A DNA stretch of 64,000 nt from a virus (taxonomy: Duplodnaviria; Caudoviricetes). The stretch is from IMG/VR virus record IMGVR_UViG_3300036453_000012, positions 1 to 64,000 of that record; one strand, 5' to 3'. Of the stretch, positions 55,242 to 63,959 are shown piece after piece. Position numbers and translations under genes: made by a program. The first letter of the stretch is position 1; every line of letters starts with the position of its first letter. The notes beneath the pieces were generated by a model. It was not told the DNA's origin and made no database searches. It saw only the letters and a program-made list of their open reading frames with translations.

Positions 55242-55988
55242 ATGAGTACAGTTAATACAAACATATCTATGATGAATCAAGTTTCAATCCCCGCTTTAGC
55301 TATGACTAGTAGGGAGATTGCAGAGTTGACGGGCAAGGAGCATCGCAATGTTCTGGCGGATGTGAGGGCTATGCTAGCCGAGTTGGTACTAGGAGAGCTG
55401 AGTTTTCAGCAGTCCTACCTTAACGCCCAAAACAAGGAACAACCAATGTATTCCCTTCCAAAGGACTTGACTTTGACGCTAGTCTCAGGGTACAGCATAG
55501 TCCTCCGCAAACGAATCATAGATCGTTGGTTAGAATTAGAAACAGTCGTAGCGGCTCCGGTAACTCCTGTACCGGTTATAAACACCCCTATTGCACTTGC
55601 CCTATCCCTAGTACCCCTGGCAGTAGCTGCGGCTAATGCTTTTGGTTTTATTGGTAATCAGGGTATCCTCTCTGCTGATAAACTCATCTCGGCACATACA
55701 GGACTAAGTCCGCTATCTCTAATGGGTCACACTCACCTGTTAGCAGATCAGCGTGGATTAACCTTTACTCCTACTCAGTTGGGTAAAGATAAAGGCTTAT
55801 CCGCAATGGTTATTAATAAATTACTAGAAGCTAGCGGTCTACAAATTAAGGTAGACAAGGAATGGGTACCAACTGAGATAGGCCTAAGCCACGCTGAAAT
55901 GTTAGACACGGGGAAGAACCATTCTAATGGAACTCCTGTAAAACAAATCAAATGGTTTAGTAGTGTGAAGAATACCATTTTTAACTAA
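55242..55988 (+). CDS. Rha family/antirepressor-like protein
   Basis: MTSREIAELTGKEHRNVLADVR, LVSGYS..LRKRIIDRWLELE; C-terminal TPTQLGK...DTGK.HS.GT.V.QIKW. Confidence 0.85.
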   Translation: MSTVNTNISMMNQVSIPALAMTSREIAELTGKEHRNVLADVRAMLAELVLGELSFQQSYLNAQNKEQPMYSLPKDLTLTLVSGYSIVLRKRIIDRWLELETVVAAPVTPVPVINTPIALALSLVPLAVAAANAFGFIGNQGILSADKLISAHTGLSPLSLMGHTHLLADQRGLTFTPTQLGKDKGLSAMVINKLLEASGLQIKVDKEWVPTEIGLSHAEMLDTGKNHSNGTPVKQIKWFSSVKNTIFN

Positions 55989-55999
55989 TACCTAGTATG

Positions 56000-56029
56000 T
56001 TCAATTAATTGATCATTTAATGGTATAAG
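56000..56029 (+). promoter_or_regulatory. Phage bipartite promoter
   Basis: TTCAA-N16-TGGTATAAG. Confidence 0.75.
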
Positions 56030-56063
56030 GATAGTACGAAGAACTAATTAATCTACCAATGGA

Positions 56064-56399
56064 TTGGATAAAATCATGAACAAAATAGTTACGCTTGGAA
56101 ATGCCGTTGAGATGAACGCAAAATACCCAGATACTTTCGAAGTTCCTTCTGCGGATACTATCTCCGAAGTATCCCTCGGAGAAGACGTAAAGTTGTGCTT
56201 CAAGTATGATGGGGATAACCTTCTGCCAAATAGGAATGAAGCAGGTATACAGTGTGACAGTGAACGTATGTGGGTTACCGTTATAAAGAAGGATGGAAAC
56301 AATTGGGTTGGTACTATCGACAATGACCCTGTAAGTCCACTGCTCAAGTATGGGGAGGAAGTACACTTCCACACAAGTAACATCTACGCTACTCAGTAG
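56064..56399 (+). CDS. DUF2314-like small protein
   Basis: ERMWVTV...GTIDNDP...YGEEVHF; terminator at 56412-56438. Confidence 0.6.
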   Translation: MDKIMNKIVTLGNAVEMNAKYPDTFEVPSADTISEVSLGEDVKLCFKYDGDNLLPNRNEAGIQCDSERMWVTVIKKDGNNWVGTIDNDPVSPLLKYGEEVHFHTSNIYATQ

Positions 56400-56476
56400 G
56401 ATAGGCGGTACTAAAAGACCAGCTCACCGGTCTTTTTTAGTATTGTCAAGTATTAACTAAACTCTAAAATAGAACT

Positions 56477-57778
56477 ATGATAACTATCCCCCACGGTCAA
56501 GATGTCCTACTAACTAGACAAAAACACGAAGCAGACAGAGCCGGTCTTCATTACGATTATAGAATGGTTATTGGAGAGGTTGCCCATAGTTGGGCTACTA
56601 AAAAAGAGTTACCTACTGAAGGCAATTCTATTATTCTCTGGGAGCAGCCTATTCATAGCGCAGCCTATGCTTTAACTGAACATTTAGTTATTCCCAAGGG
56701 TCAGTACGGGGCAGGTACTACTACCCTAGACTTGGCTATGCGAGGGGCTATCTCTAATCCTGAGAATAGCAAAGACAAGTTTGTACTTACCGTTAGTGGA
56801 GGAGATAGATATCTGTTTAAAGAAACACCTGGCTTTGGGCAAGGAGCGTGGCTGTTCCGTGCGTTAGGTAAGGCTAAAGATATTACCCCTACAAAAGAAT
56901 ATAGTATGACTAAAGTAGCACCTAACAAATATCTAGACAAAGTAGCCTCCTTGGTACTAGGAGGCATAGCTACTCACTTAGCCCAAAACGTGGGAACAAA
57001 AGTAGCATTAGGAAGTAAGCGGGTATCCAAGTATTTAGCCAATTCATTTTCTGAGGGCGTTCACGGAGTAGTAAATACTAGTCTTAAAGCTAAAGCGGCT
57101 AGATTCCTAACAGGCGCAGGATTACCAGACATCGCAATGGCGCATAAGCAAGTTCATGAACTCGGTAGGAAACTGGCACCTGTACTAGGGGTGGCTACTA
57201 AGAGACAACAAGTAGGATTACGAATGTTATCTCAAGGACGCATCTCTGATTTTACTAAACGAGATTTTCATAAAGATCCATTACTACAGAAAGCGTATGG
57301 CTTAGCATCCGATAAGATGAAGCTTCCAGAAATGAGTTCATTAGGAGCTAATGCAGGCAAAATAGAATCTGTGTTTAAAGATAAGACTCATCCGCTGGCA
57401 TCCAACATAGTGCATGGTATAAGTAGAGGCAATACTCCTATCGGTAAAAACTTTAAGCCTGGAGCTATGACTGTTAAAAACCCTCTACTAGGAGCAGCAG
57501 CTATAGGTGCGGCAGATCCTGCTGCAGGAGTTCTGAGCGGAGTAAAGACTCTTATGTCTAGCAAGTCTTTTAGTGGTACTCGGGTAGGTGGAAAAATAAA
57601 TCATTTCTTGGAAAATGAATTTGTTAAAAAGCCTATAAGCCAAGGTAGAGAACTATCTCGAATAGGTGGGGTTATAAATAATCTTAAACATAAGGCTTCA
57701 GAGTTCCTTATAAGCCCAGTCTCTGCTCAGCTAAAAAGAACATCGGCGGCTATCTCCGATGCTATCAAAACACATTAA
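56477..57778 (+). CDS. LigD-type 3-prime phosphoesterase domain fused to a tagged virion-protein domain
   Basis: QKHEADRAGLHYDYR...HSWATKK...IPKGQYGAG; then TKVAPNKYLDKVAS. Confidence 0.8.
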   Translation: MITIPHGQDVLLTRQKHEADRAGLHYDYRMVIGEVAHSWATKKELPTEGNSIILWEQPIHSAAYALTEHLVIPKGQYGAGTTTLDLAMRGAISNPENSKDKFVLTVSGGDRYLFKETPGFGQGAWLFRALGKAKDITPTKEYSMTKVAPNKYLDKVASLVLGGIATHLAQNVGTKVALGSKRVSKYLANSFSEGVHGVVNTSLKAKAARFLTGAGLPDIAMAHKQVHELGRKLAPVLGVATKRQQVGLRMLSQGRISDFTKRDFHKDPLLQKAYGLASDKMKLPEMSSLGANAGKIESVFKDKTHPLASNIVHGISRGNTPIGKNFKPGAMTVKNPLLGAAAIGAADPAAGVLSGVKTLMSSKSFSGTRVGGKINHFLENEFVKKPISQGRELSRIGGVINNLKHKASEFLISPVSAQLKRTSAAISDAIKTH

Positions 57779-57867
57779 CGATGTTTATCTATCCAGTCCC
57801 AGACTAGTATGCCTAGAGCTAGGACTATGGCTAGTGTTACTCCTAGATGATCTATTAATAGATACAT
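57775..57867 (-). CDS. 30-aa membrane peptide with own promoter (not in ORF track)
   Basis: MYLLIDHLGVTLAIVLALGILVWDWIDKHR; AAGGG SD. Confidence 0.6.
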   Translation of the reverse strand: MYLLIDHLGVTLAIVLALGILVWDWIDKHR

Positions 57868-57900
57868 ATTTTTACCCTTTAAGATAGTTTGTATACATAT

Positions 57901-57930
57901 CTTATACCAATAAACGGACTAAATCTTGAA
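57901..57930 (-). promoter_or_regulatory. Phage bipartite promoter (minus strand)
   Basis: Reverse complement TTCAA-N16-TGGTATAAG. Confidence 0.75.
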
Positions 57931-59386
57931 CAAATATTTAACTAAAATAGCCTACGATTTAAAAGAACATCAGTCTCGTTCAGTAGATAAACTTATGGAA
58001 ACTGGTGGACTTATTCTTAATCACTCTACCGGCTCTGGTAAAACCTTAACTATCCTGGAGGCTATTAAACGAGTTCAAGAATTAGATCCTAAAGGTAAGA
58101 GTAAGCAGTTAGTCATCACCCCCGCCTCCCTGACAACTAATATTCATAAAGAGATGAAGAAGCATGACGTAGGTATTGATCCTTCTAGAGTCGAATCTAT
58201 TAGCTACGAAAAAGCGGTGAATGATGCTATGAGATTGAGCCACACGCAATATTCCTTAGTGGCACTGGATGAAGCTCATAAATTACGCAATACAGGTACC
58301 AAGAGATTTGCCAAGCTCAACAAGCTAATAGACAGGGCCGACTATAAGTTATTGGCCACGGCAACCCCTATCTATAATTCCCCCTCAGATATATCTCCGT
58401 TAGTGAACCTTGTATCCGGAGAAAAACTCCTACCTACCAACCGTGGATTATTTGAAGGTAGATACGTCACTGAAGTTAAGTCTCCTAAAAAAGGATTGCT
58501 TGGCAGCATGATAACCGGACCTGCCGCACCCAATACCATTCGTATTAAGAACGGGACGGAGCTTAAACAGATACTTCAGATGTACGTGGATAACTATAGT
58601 CTAAGAGATGATCCTAGTTCCTCTGAGAGTTTTCCAGGAAGTACTCACCATACCATAGAAACCCACATGTCCCCCGAGCAAGAGAAGGTATATAAGTACT
58701 TAGAAGGAAATATACCTTACCTTATCAGGATGAAGATTCGTAATAATTTACCGTTAGATAAAAAAGAGTCGGCAGCATTAAATGCGTTCTCTATGGGCGT
58801 AAGGCAGGCCTCTAATTCTATTAAGCCGTACACGCTGCATGATAACGTAGAACGTAGCCCTAAGCTAACCAAGGCTGTTTCTGAATTAGCCAGACATGCA
58901 GCTACTACCCCTAACTTTAAAGCTGTAGTATATTCTAACTATTTGAAAGCAGGGTTGGAAGATTACTCGGATGCGTTGATAGATGCTAGGATGGACCATA
59001 TCGTATATCACGGTGGATTGAATAAGAAACAAAAAGATCAAGCAGTGCTGGATTATAACTCAGGTAAGATTCCCGTATTGCTTATCTCCTCGTCAGGGGC
59101 CGAAGGTTTGGATCTTAGAGGAACAAAGCTTATTCAGATTCTAGAACCTCACTTTAACAATTCTAAAATACAACAAGTAACAGGTAGAGGTATTCGATTT
59201 AATTCTCATGCACACTTGCCGGAGGAAGAGCGTCACGTAATAGTTCAACATTACCTATCTACGTTTAGTCCTGGTATATTTGGACCTAGCAAAGCTAAGA
59301 CTATTGATCAGTACCTAAAACAGAATAGTCAAGGCAAAGACTTAGTTGTAGATAAGATAAACGAATTGATAAAGAATAGTGATTAA
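57926..59386 (+). CDS. SNF2/SF2 helicase with N-terminal NKYLTKIA tag
   Basis: HSTGSGKT, DEAH, TATP, SSGAEGLDL, QVTGRGIR. Confidence 0.9.
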   Translation: MNKYLTKIAYDLKEHQSRSVDKLMETGGLILNHSTGSGKTLTILEAIKRVQELDPKGKSKQLVITPASLTTNIHKEMKKHDVGIDPSRVESISYEKAVNDAMRLSHTQYSLVALDEAHKLRNTGTKRFAKLNKLIDRADYKLLATATPIYNSPSDISPLVNLVSGEKLLPTNRGLFEGRYVTEVKSPKKGLLGSMITGPAAPNTIRIKNGTELKQILQMYVDNYSLRDDPSSSESFPGSTHHTIETHMSPEQEKVYKYLEGNIPYLIRMKIRNNLPLDKKESAALNAFSMGVRQASNSIKPYTLHDNVERSPKLTKAVSELARHAATTPNFKAVVYSNYLKAGLEDYSDALIDARMDHIVYHGGLNKKQKDQAVLDYNSGKIPVLLISSSGAEGLDLRGTKLIQILEPHFNNSKIQQVTGRGIRFNSHAHLPEEERHVIVQHYLSTFSPGIFGPSKAKTIDQYLKQNSQGKDLVVDKINELIKNSD

Positions 59387-59675
59387 TATGACAAATAAGT
59401 ATTTAGAGAAAATAGCGGCTCGAGGCTTTCCTTCTAAAAAGCCCTCTACCAATTCTCACTGGTCACCTGAAGAGTTTACTACTCGATTTAAGGAGATGTA
59501 TAAGCATAGCCTGAAGACTGGCAAGATTAAAGAGAAGGACGCTAAGAGCTATCGTTGGGGAAGTACTATCGGCGTGGCCAATTCCGAAGGTAAGCTGTCT
59601 AAAATAATGGTAGCTTCAAAGAATAAAAAAGTTAAGAACTTAGTTCTCACACATAAAGATTACAAAGATCAATAG
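59379..59675 (+). CDS. Small basic tagged protein
   Basis: MTNKYLEKIAAR. Confidence 0.7.
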   Translation: MINMTNKYLEKIAARGFPSKKPSTNSHWSPEEFTTRFKEMYKHSLKTGKIKEKDAKSYRWGSTIGVANSEGKLSKIMVASKNKKVKNLVLTHKDYKDQ

Positions 59676-59680
59676 ATTAT

Positions 59681-60355
59681 ATGAGCAATAAATACTTAGA
59701 GAAAATAGCTTCAGCAGCATCCGATCTACGCGTAATCCTACAAGATCATCACCACGCAGTAGAACAGATTGATGCCCCGATCTTAGAGATGAGAAATAGA
59801 ATGGATCTATATCACTCTAATCCTTATCAGTATAGTACCGACCCTTCTCACGAGGGTATCTCTGAGCAATTAGAAGCAATGAATGAAGCTGCCAAAGATA
59901 CTGAAGAGCGTCATCTTCGCCGGGAATTAGGATTGGATGCCAAGCATGATGAGAATGTAATTCACACTGCAAAAGCTATGATGTCATCACACGGAATGGA
60001 TCCTAGCCTAATAACGGATTCTAAGATTGCCAATAACGTATATAATGAATTGGTGTCTACCCCCTCTGGCGGTTGGAACGGGTATCAGGTATCCAAAAAC
60101 CTGGGAGTGATTGGGGGTATTGTAGCGGGTGGGTTAGGTGGGGCTTTTGCTTCAGGTAGACATTTCGGTAGAGGCACTGAAATGCTAGGAGCTATAGGGG
60201 GTGCAATCGCGGGTGGAGTCGGTAGTCACTACGCTTTGAAAAGTGGGATGGGTCACCTCATTGAAGGTAGAAATACGGAAATTCATGATAAGTATGAAGG
60301 TAATATAGAAAATGCTTATGCTACTCTTAATCGTAGGTTGCAGAAGCAGGATTAA
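59681..60355 (+). CDS. Tagged protein with Gly-zipper
   Basis: MSNKYLEKIASA; GGIVAGGLGGAF...GAIGGAIAGGVG. Confidence 0.7.
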   Translation: MSNKYLEKIASAASDLRVILQDHHHAVEQIDAPILEMRNRMDLYHSNPYQYSTDPSHEGISEQLEAMNEAAKDTEERHLRRELGLDAKHDENVIHTAKAMMSSHGMDPSLITDSKIANNVYNELVSTPSGGWNGYQVSKNLGVIGGIVAGGLGGAFASGRHFGRGTEMLGAIGGAIAGGVGSHYALKSGMGHLIEGRNTEIHDKYEGNIENAYATLNRRLQKQD

Positions 60356-60357
60356 CT

Positions 60358-61245
60358 TTGTTTCAACGAGCTAAATACAAGTCAGACTCAGATAGGGATT
60401 GGTTTTCAGTCCCTAATCCTGTTGCTACTCTTAAGAGGGACGGGGCTCATTTTTTTCTTTCAATAGACTCCGCTGGAAATCAACACTACTACTCACGTAG
60501 AGAGTCAGTTAAAGGGGGGTTTCCAGAACGTACCTCACAGATCCCACACATATCTTCTGTTAAGTTACCTCAATACGCTGGCCATACATATAGTGTAGAG
60601 TTAATACATACTGGACATGATAAGAACACCCCTGAGTCTCATCCTAAAGCAAGTGGTATTCTTAATTCTTTGACTCCTAAATCTATTCAGACTCAGCAGG
60701 AGACAGGCCCTATTCGCGCAGTATTATTAGATGTTATTAATCCTGCTTTACCAACATATAGAGACAAGTTGCTTCATATGAAAGAATTAGAAAAAGCCGT
60801 TGGTAAGCCAGATTATCTATTCATAGACATGCCTGCTATTACTAAGCCTGACATAGTTAAACTTATAGAATCTACCAAGAAGCAGGGACGAGAGGGTGTT
60901 ATTATAACTTCGTTAACTGAACCTGAACATAATAATCCTCGTATAAAAATTAAGCATATAGACACGTATAACCTAAAAGTAAGTAAAGTTTTACAGGAGT
61001 TCGATATATCTGGTAAGCCTAAGAACTCAATGGGTTCTTTAGAAGTAATAGATGCTTCCGGTAGAGTAGTAGCTAATGTTGGGACAGGCTTTAGTAAAGC
61101 TGATCGAGAAGGAATTTGGATAGATAAAGAAGAGTGGACAGGTAGACTTATACAAGTTAAAACCTTAGGGTTGCTTAACCCTGATGGTAGACTTAGATCC
61201 CCTGTTTTTAACGGCATTGCCGATGGAGAACTAGACAGATTATGA
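60358..61245 (+). CDS. lig: Minimal ATP-dependent DNA ligase
   Basis: KRDG (KxDG), EGVII, KIK, OB-fold VGTGFS, RSPVF. Confidence 0.88.
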   Translation: MFQRAKYKSDSDRDWFSVPNPVATLKRDGAHFFLSIDSAGNQHYYSRRESVKGGFPERTSQIPHISSVKLPQYAGHTYSVELIHTGHDKNTPESHPKASGILNSLTPKSIQTQQETGPIRAVLLDVINPALPTYRDKLLHMKELEKAVGKPDYLFIDMPAITKPDIVKLIESTKKQGREGVIITSLTEPEHNNPRIKIKHIDTYNLKVSKVLQEFDISGKPKNSMGSLEVIDASGRVVANVGTGFSKADREGIWIDKEEWTGRLIQVKTLGLLNPDGRLRSPVFNGIADGELDRL

Positions 61246-61640
61246 ATAGCGAATTTAAACCAGATTTAACTCCTGATCAAATGGAGGCCCTAGGAGTACT
61301 AGCCAGTCAGTATTACAATGCCGACCCTAAGACTCACAACTTCTTTAAGGTCGATGCTTCTATGAAGAAGTGGCCTGACGAATGGAAGAAAGAATCCGCC
61401 CCGATGGGGTGGTTTGATTGGTATAAGCAATACAGTGCAGGGATACGAAGTGCAGATGATGAAAGACAGATAAAACGTTGGCTAAGTTTTAAGTCTAGAC
61501 ATTTAGCTCAATTACTTAAAGCGGATCCTACTGGAGAAGACTTTAGTATCCAACCCCGTAGAAGACAAGCCCTATTAAACTGGGGAATAGCTCCGGGGCT
61601 GGATAAGAATAAATATCTAGATAGGATTAATAAAGTCTAG
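61242..61640 (+). CDS. Conserved Trp-rich protein of unknown function
   Basis: FKPDLTP..M..LG, NFFKV.AS, GWFDWY, DDERQIKRW, RQALLNW; C-terminal NKYLDRI. Confidence 0.7.
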   Translation: MNSEFKPDLTPDQMEALGVLASQYYNADPKTHNFFKVDASMKKWPDEWKKESAPMGWFDWYKQYSAGIRSADDERQIKRWLSFKSRHLAQLLKADPTGEDFSIQPRRRQALLNWGIAPGLDKNKYLDRINKV

Positions 61641-61643
61641 GTA

Positions 61644-63959
61644 TCAAGGGGTCCTATAATACGACTTTTGGTTTAGCTCAAGGTCTAGTCGGTCGGCGGT
61701 GGATAAGGCCTGTGCGAAGAGAACGATGTCGGAGAAGATTGCATTCCCTATACCCCCTAGTGTCCGGCCTACTGTAAGTGCGTTATGCTCTCCAACCCCA
61801 TTACCTGTCGTATTTGTAGTAACGCCGTTGTAACTGCCTAATGAGGTAACGGTATCGAAAATCTCTGAAATTGTAGCAACTGACCCTGGATTAATTCCGG
61901 CCTTAAATGATTTGGGCACTCCGGGCGAGCTACTGTACATTACCAAGTTGCCGGCTCCGTAAAAAAACAAAGGTACATTTATGCCGTTAGCAGTACCAAT
62001 AAACTCACCAGTATTTGCCAAAAACTGCAACACGCTGCTACGGGTAAATGGCTGAGGCACAACAAAATTCGCTGTTTGCATAAACTGCGACACCCCGTCA
62101 GTCCTGTATCCAGGCTTATTGAAGTGGTGAGTATCCCCTAGCGTAACAGGGGCCCCTGCAGTGCGGCAGTAGGTGCGGGCGGTGGAGCCAGTGTTGAGTT
62201 GAGCACCCCATATTAAAGCGGAGCCATTTACAACGTAAGGGCCAATGTCACTGAATCCTATGCTGGTGCTCGTTGTAAATGTAAAAATATATCTAACAAG
62301 TTCATCAGAAAGAACAAAGGTGGCAGAACCCCTTGACACAAGTCCATCCCACGATTGAAGCCTGAGCGTAGGAGAGCCACTAGACTTTTTTGCGTAAATA
62401 GAGAATGTATAGGTCGTGCTCGGCTGGAAGCTAATGGGACTGACATAGATATAGCCATCGTTGCTTGTCCACGTCACCAGGTCGGCAGTCAAAGCCCCAT
62501 CTGCTCCAAGTCCGGTATTTGGCGTAACTAAAATTCCGCTTCGCTTTCCCCAAGCAGCGTTACTAAAATCTTCGCTCCACGCCAGCAGGTTCTCTGCAAC
62601 TTTTACCCGTTCGATAGACCCTGCGAACGCGATGCGGGGCTGATTCGCTGTAGCCGCTTGCGTGAGATCCCTTGCATTTCCAGATTGGTCGTACATGCGC
62701 GTGACGAAGCCTGAGCCCTTATCAAGTATTGCAGTGGTTGTCGATTTATAAGGGAGCAGGGTAGACCCATCGTTGTAGCGATAAGCAGTGATACGAAACC
62801 CCTTAGTAGAATTGGTAGCCCATTTAACTATACCTGTCTGATCTAGATTCTGCCCGGCACAAACCACCGTACCGTGGACTAAATATTGACCCCCTCCAAG
62901 GGCTACAACACTTGCACCAGACGCAAACACTCCAGATATCTTGAGTTGCCCATCACTCGCCGCAGAATTATCTCCGAATACGGGTATACTGTTGTCATCC
63001 ATCTGGACTACTACACCAAAAGAATAGGTGCGTCCGGTTACTGCGAAGAATGCTGTCCGGTAAGCCCACCTATCTGCCCCCGATACGAATTGTAATGATG
63101 CGGCAAATCCAGTAATCCCCGTAACAGCATCTGAAATTCCGCTAGTGCTACCGAGCGTGGTTACGTCACCCTCGCTATTGGCACAGAAGTTCTGCCCACT
63201 AGTCAGGGGGGTGCTAGTTGTGCGACAGTAATCTAGTGCTACTGGCCCCGTATTAAGTTGAACCCCCCACAAGTACAATCCCGAAAAACCGTCCCCCTCG
63301 TAAGATACTTGAGTCCCCCTTAAAGTGAAATACGGGCTGTGCCCATACGAGGTTGGAGTTGCAGTCATGGTACAATAAAACCAACCCCCCTCTACTGGAG
63401 TAATAGTGGCGCTAACGCCGGTTGTGGAGACCGTACCTGATAACAGATTATAGTTTGCATTAAAAGTAATACCTCCTGCAACCCCAAGACCTACTATAGA
63501 CTCTTCCCCTGCTTTTGCAAAGAATGAATAAGTCCCGGTTACATTTGGGGGTATGATATTTCCGACGTTGTATCCACTATAATGGTTAATGGATCCTGCC
63601 AGTGCGATTAGTTTATCTGCGGTCCTAGCTCCGTCCGGGGCAACTATGGTATTAGGTAGGAGCGTCGAATTGACTTTTGACCAGATAGGATTACTAAAAT
63701 CCTCACTCCAGGTAATCAGATTCTCCGCCCCCACATGATTCATGAGCGCATAGACATCCAGATCGCCATTCTCCAGAAATCCAATATCCAATTCGACGTT
63801 GGAGTTGTTGCGCACGCGGCATGCCGGACCGCGATAGTCGTCGCGCAAGCGTCGCATGCTGACGGCGAATGCTGTTGGTGCGAAGTTATCTAGAGAAAAA
63901 CGTCTAGCTACTATAGGCTGTTTTTCAAGTACTACATTACGTAGGGACTGAGGTCTCAT
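61644..63959 (-). CDS. Fibre/spike-like virion protein with ConA/LamG-like frame and inserted CBM-like modules
   Basis: AFAVSMRRLR..Y.GPACRVR; NLITWSEDFSN and NLLAWSEDFSN modules shared with 25267..30150. Confidence 0.7.
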   Translation of the reverse strand: MRPQSLRNVVLEKQPIVARRFSLDNFAPTAFAVSMRRLRDDYRGPACRVRNNSNVELDIGFLENGDLDVYALMNHVGAENLITWSEDFSNPIWSKVNSTLLPNTIVAPDGARTADKLIALAGSINHYSGYNVGNIIPPNVTGTYSFFAKAGEESIVGLGVAGGITFNANYNLLSGTVSTTGVSATITPVEGGWFYCTMTATPTSYGHSPYFTLRGTQVSYEGDGFSGLYLWGVQLNTGPVALDYCRTTSTPLTSGQNFCANSEGDVTTLGSTSGISDAVTGITGFAASLQFVSGADRWAYRTAFFAVTGRTYSFGVVVQMDDNSIPVFGDNSAASDGQLKISGVFASGASVVALGGGQYLVHGTVVCAGQNLDQTGIVKWATNSTKGFRITAYRYNDGSTLLPYKSTTTAILDKGSGFVTRMYDQSGNARDLTQAATANQPRIAFAGSIERVKVAENLLAWSEDFSNAAWGKRSGILVTPNTGLGADGALTADLVTWTSNDGYIYVSPISFQPSTTYTFSIYAKKSSGSPTLRLQSWDGLVSRGSATFVLSDELVRYIFTFTTSTSIGFSDIGPYVVNGSALIWGAQLNTGSTARTYCRTAGAPVTLGDTHHFNKPGYRTDGVSQFMQTANFVVPQPFTRSSVLQFLANTGEFIGTANGINVPLFFYGAGNLVMYSSSPGVPKSFKAGINPGSVATISEIFDTVTSLGSYNGVTTNTTGNGVGEHNALTVGRTLGGIGNAIFSDIVLFAQALSTADRLDLELNQKSYYRTP

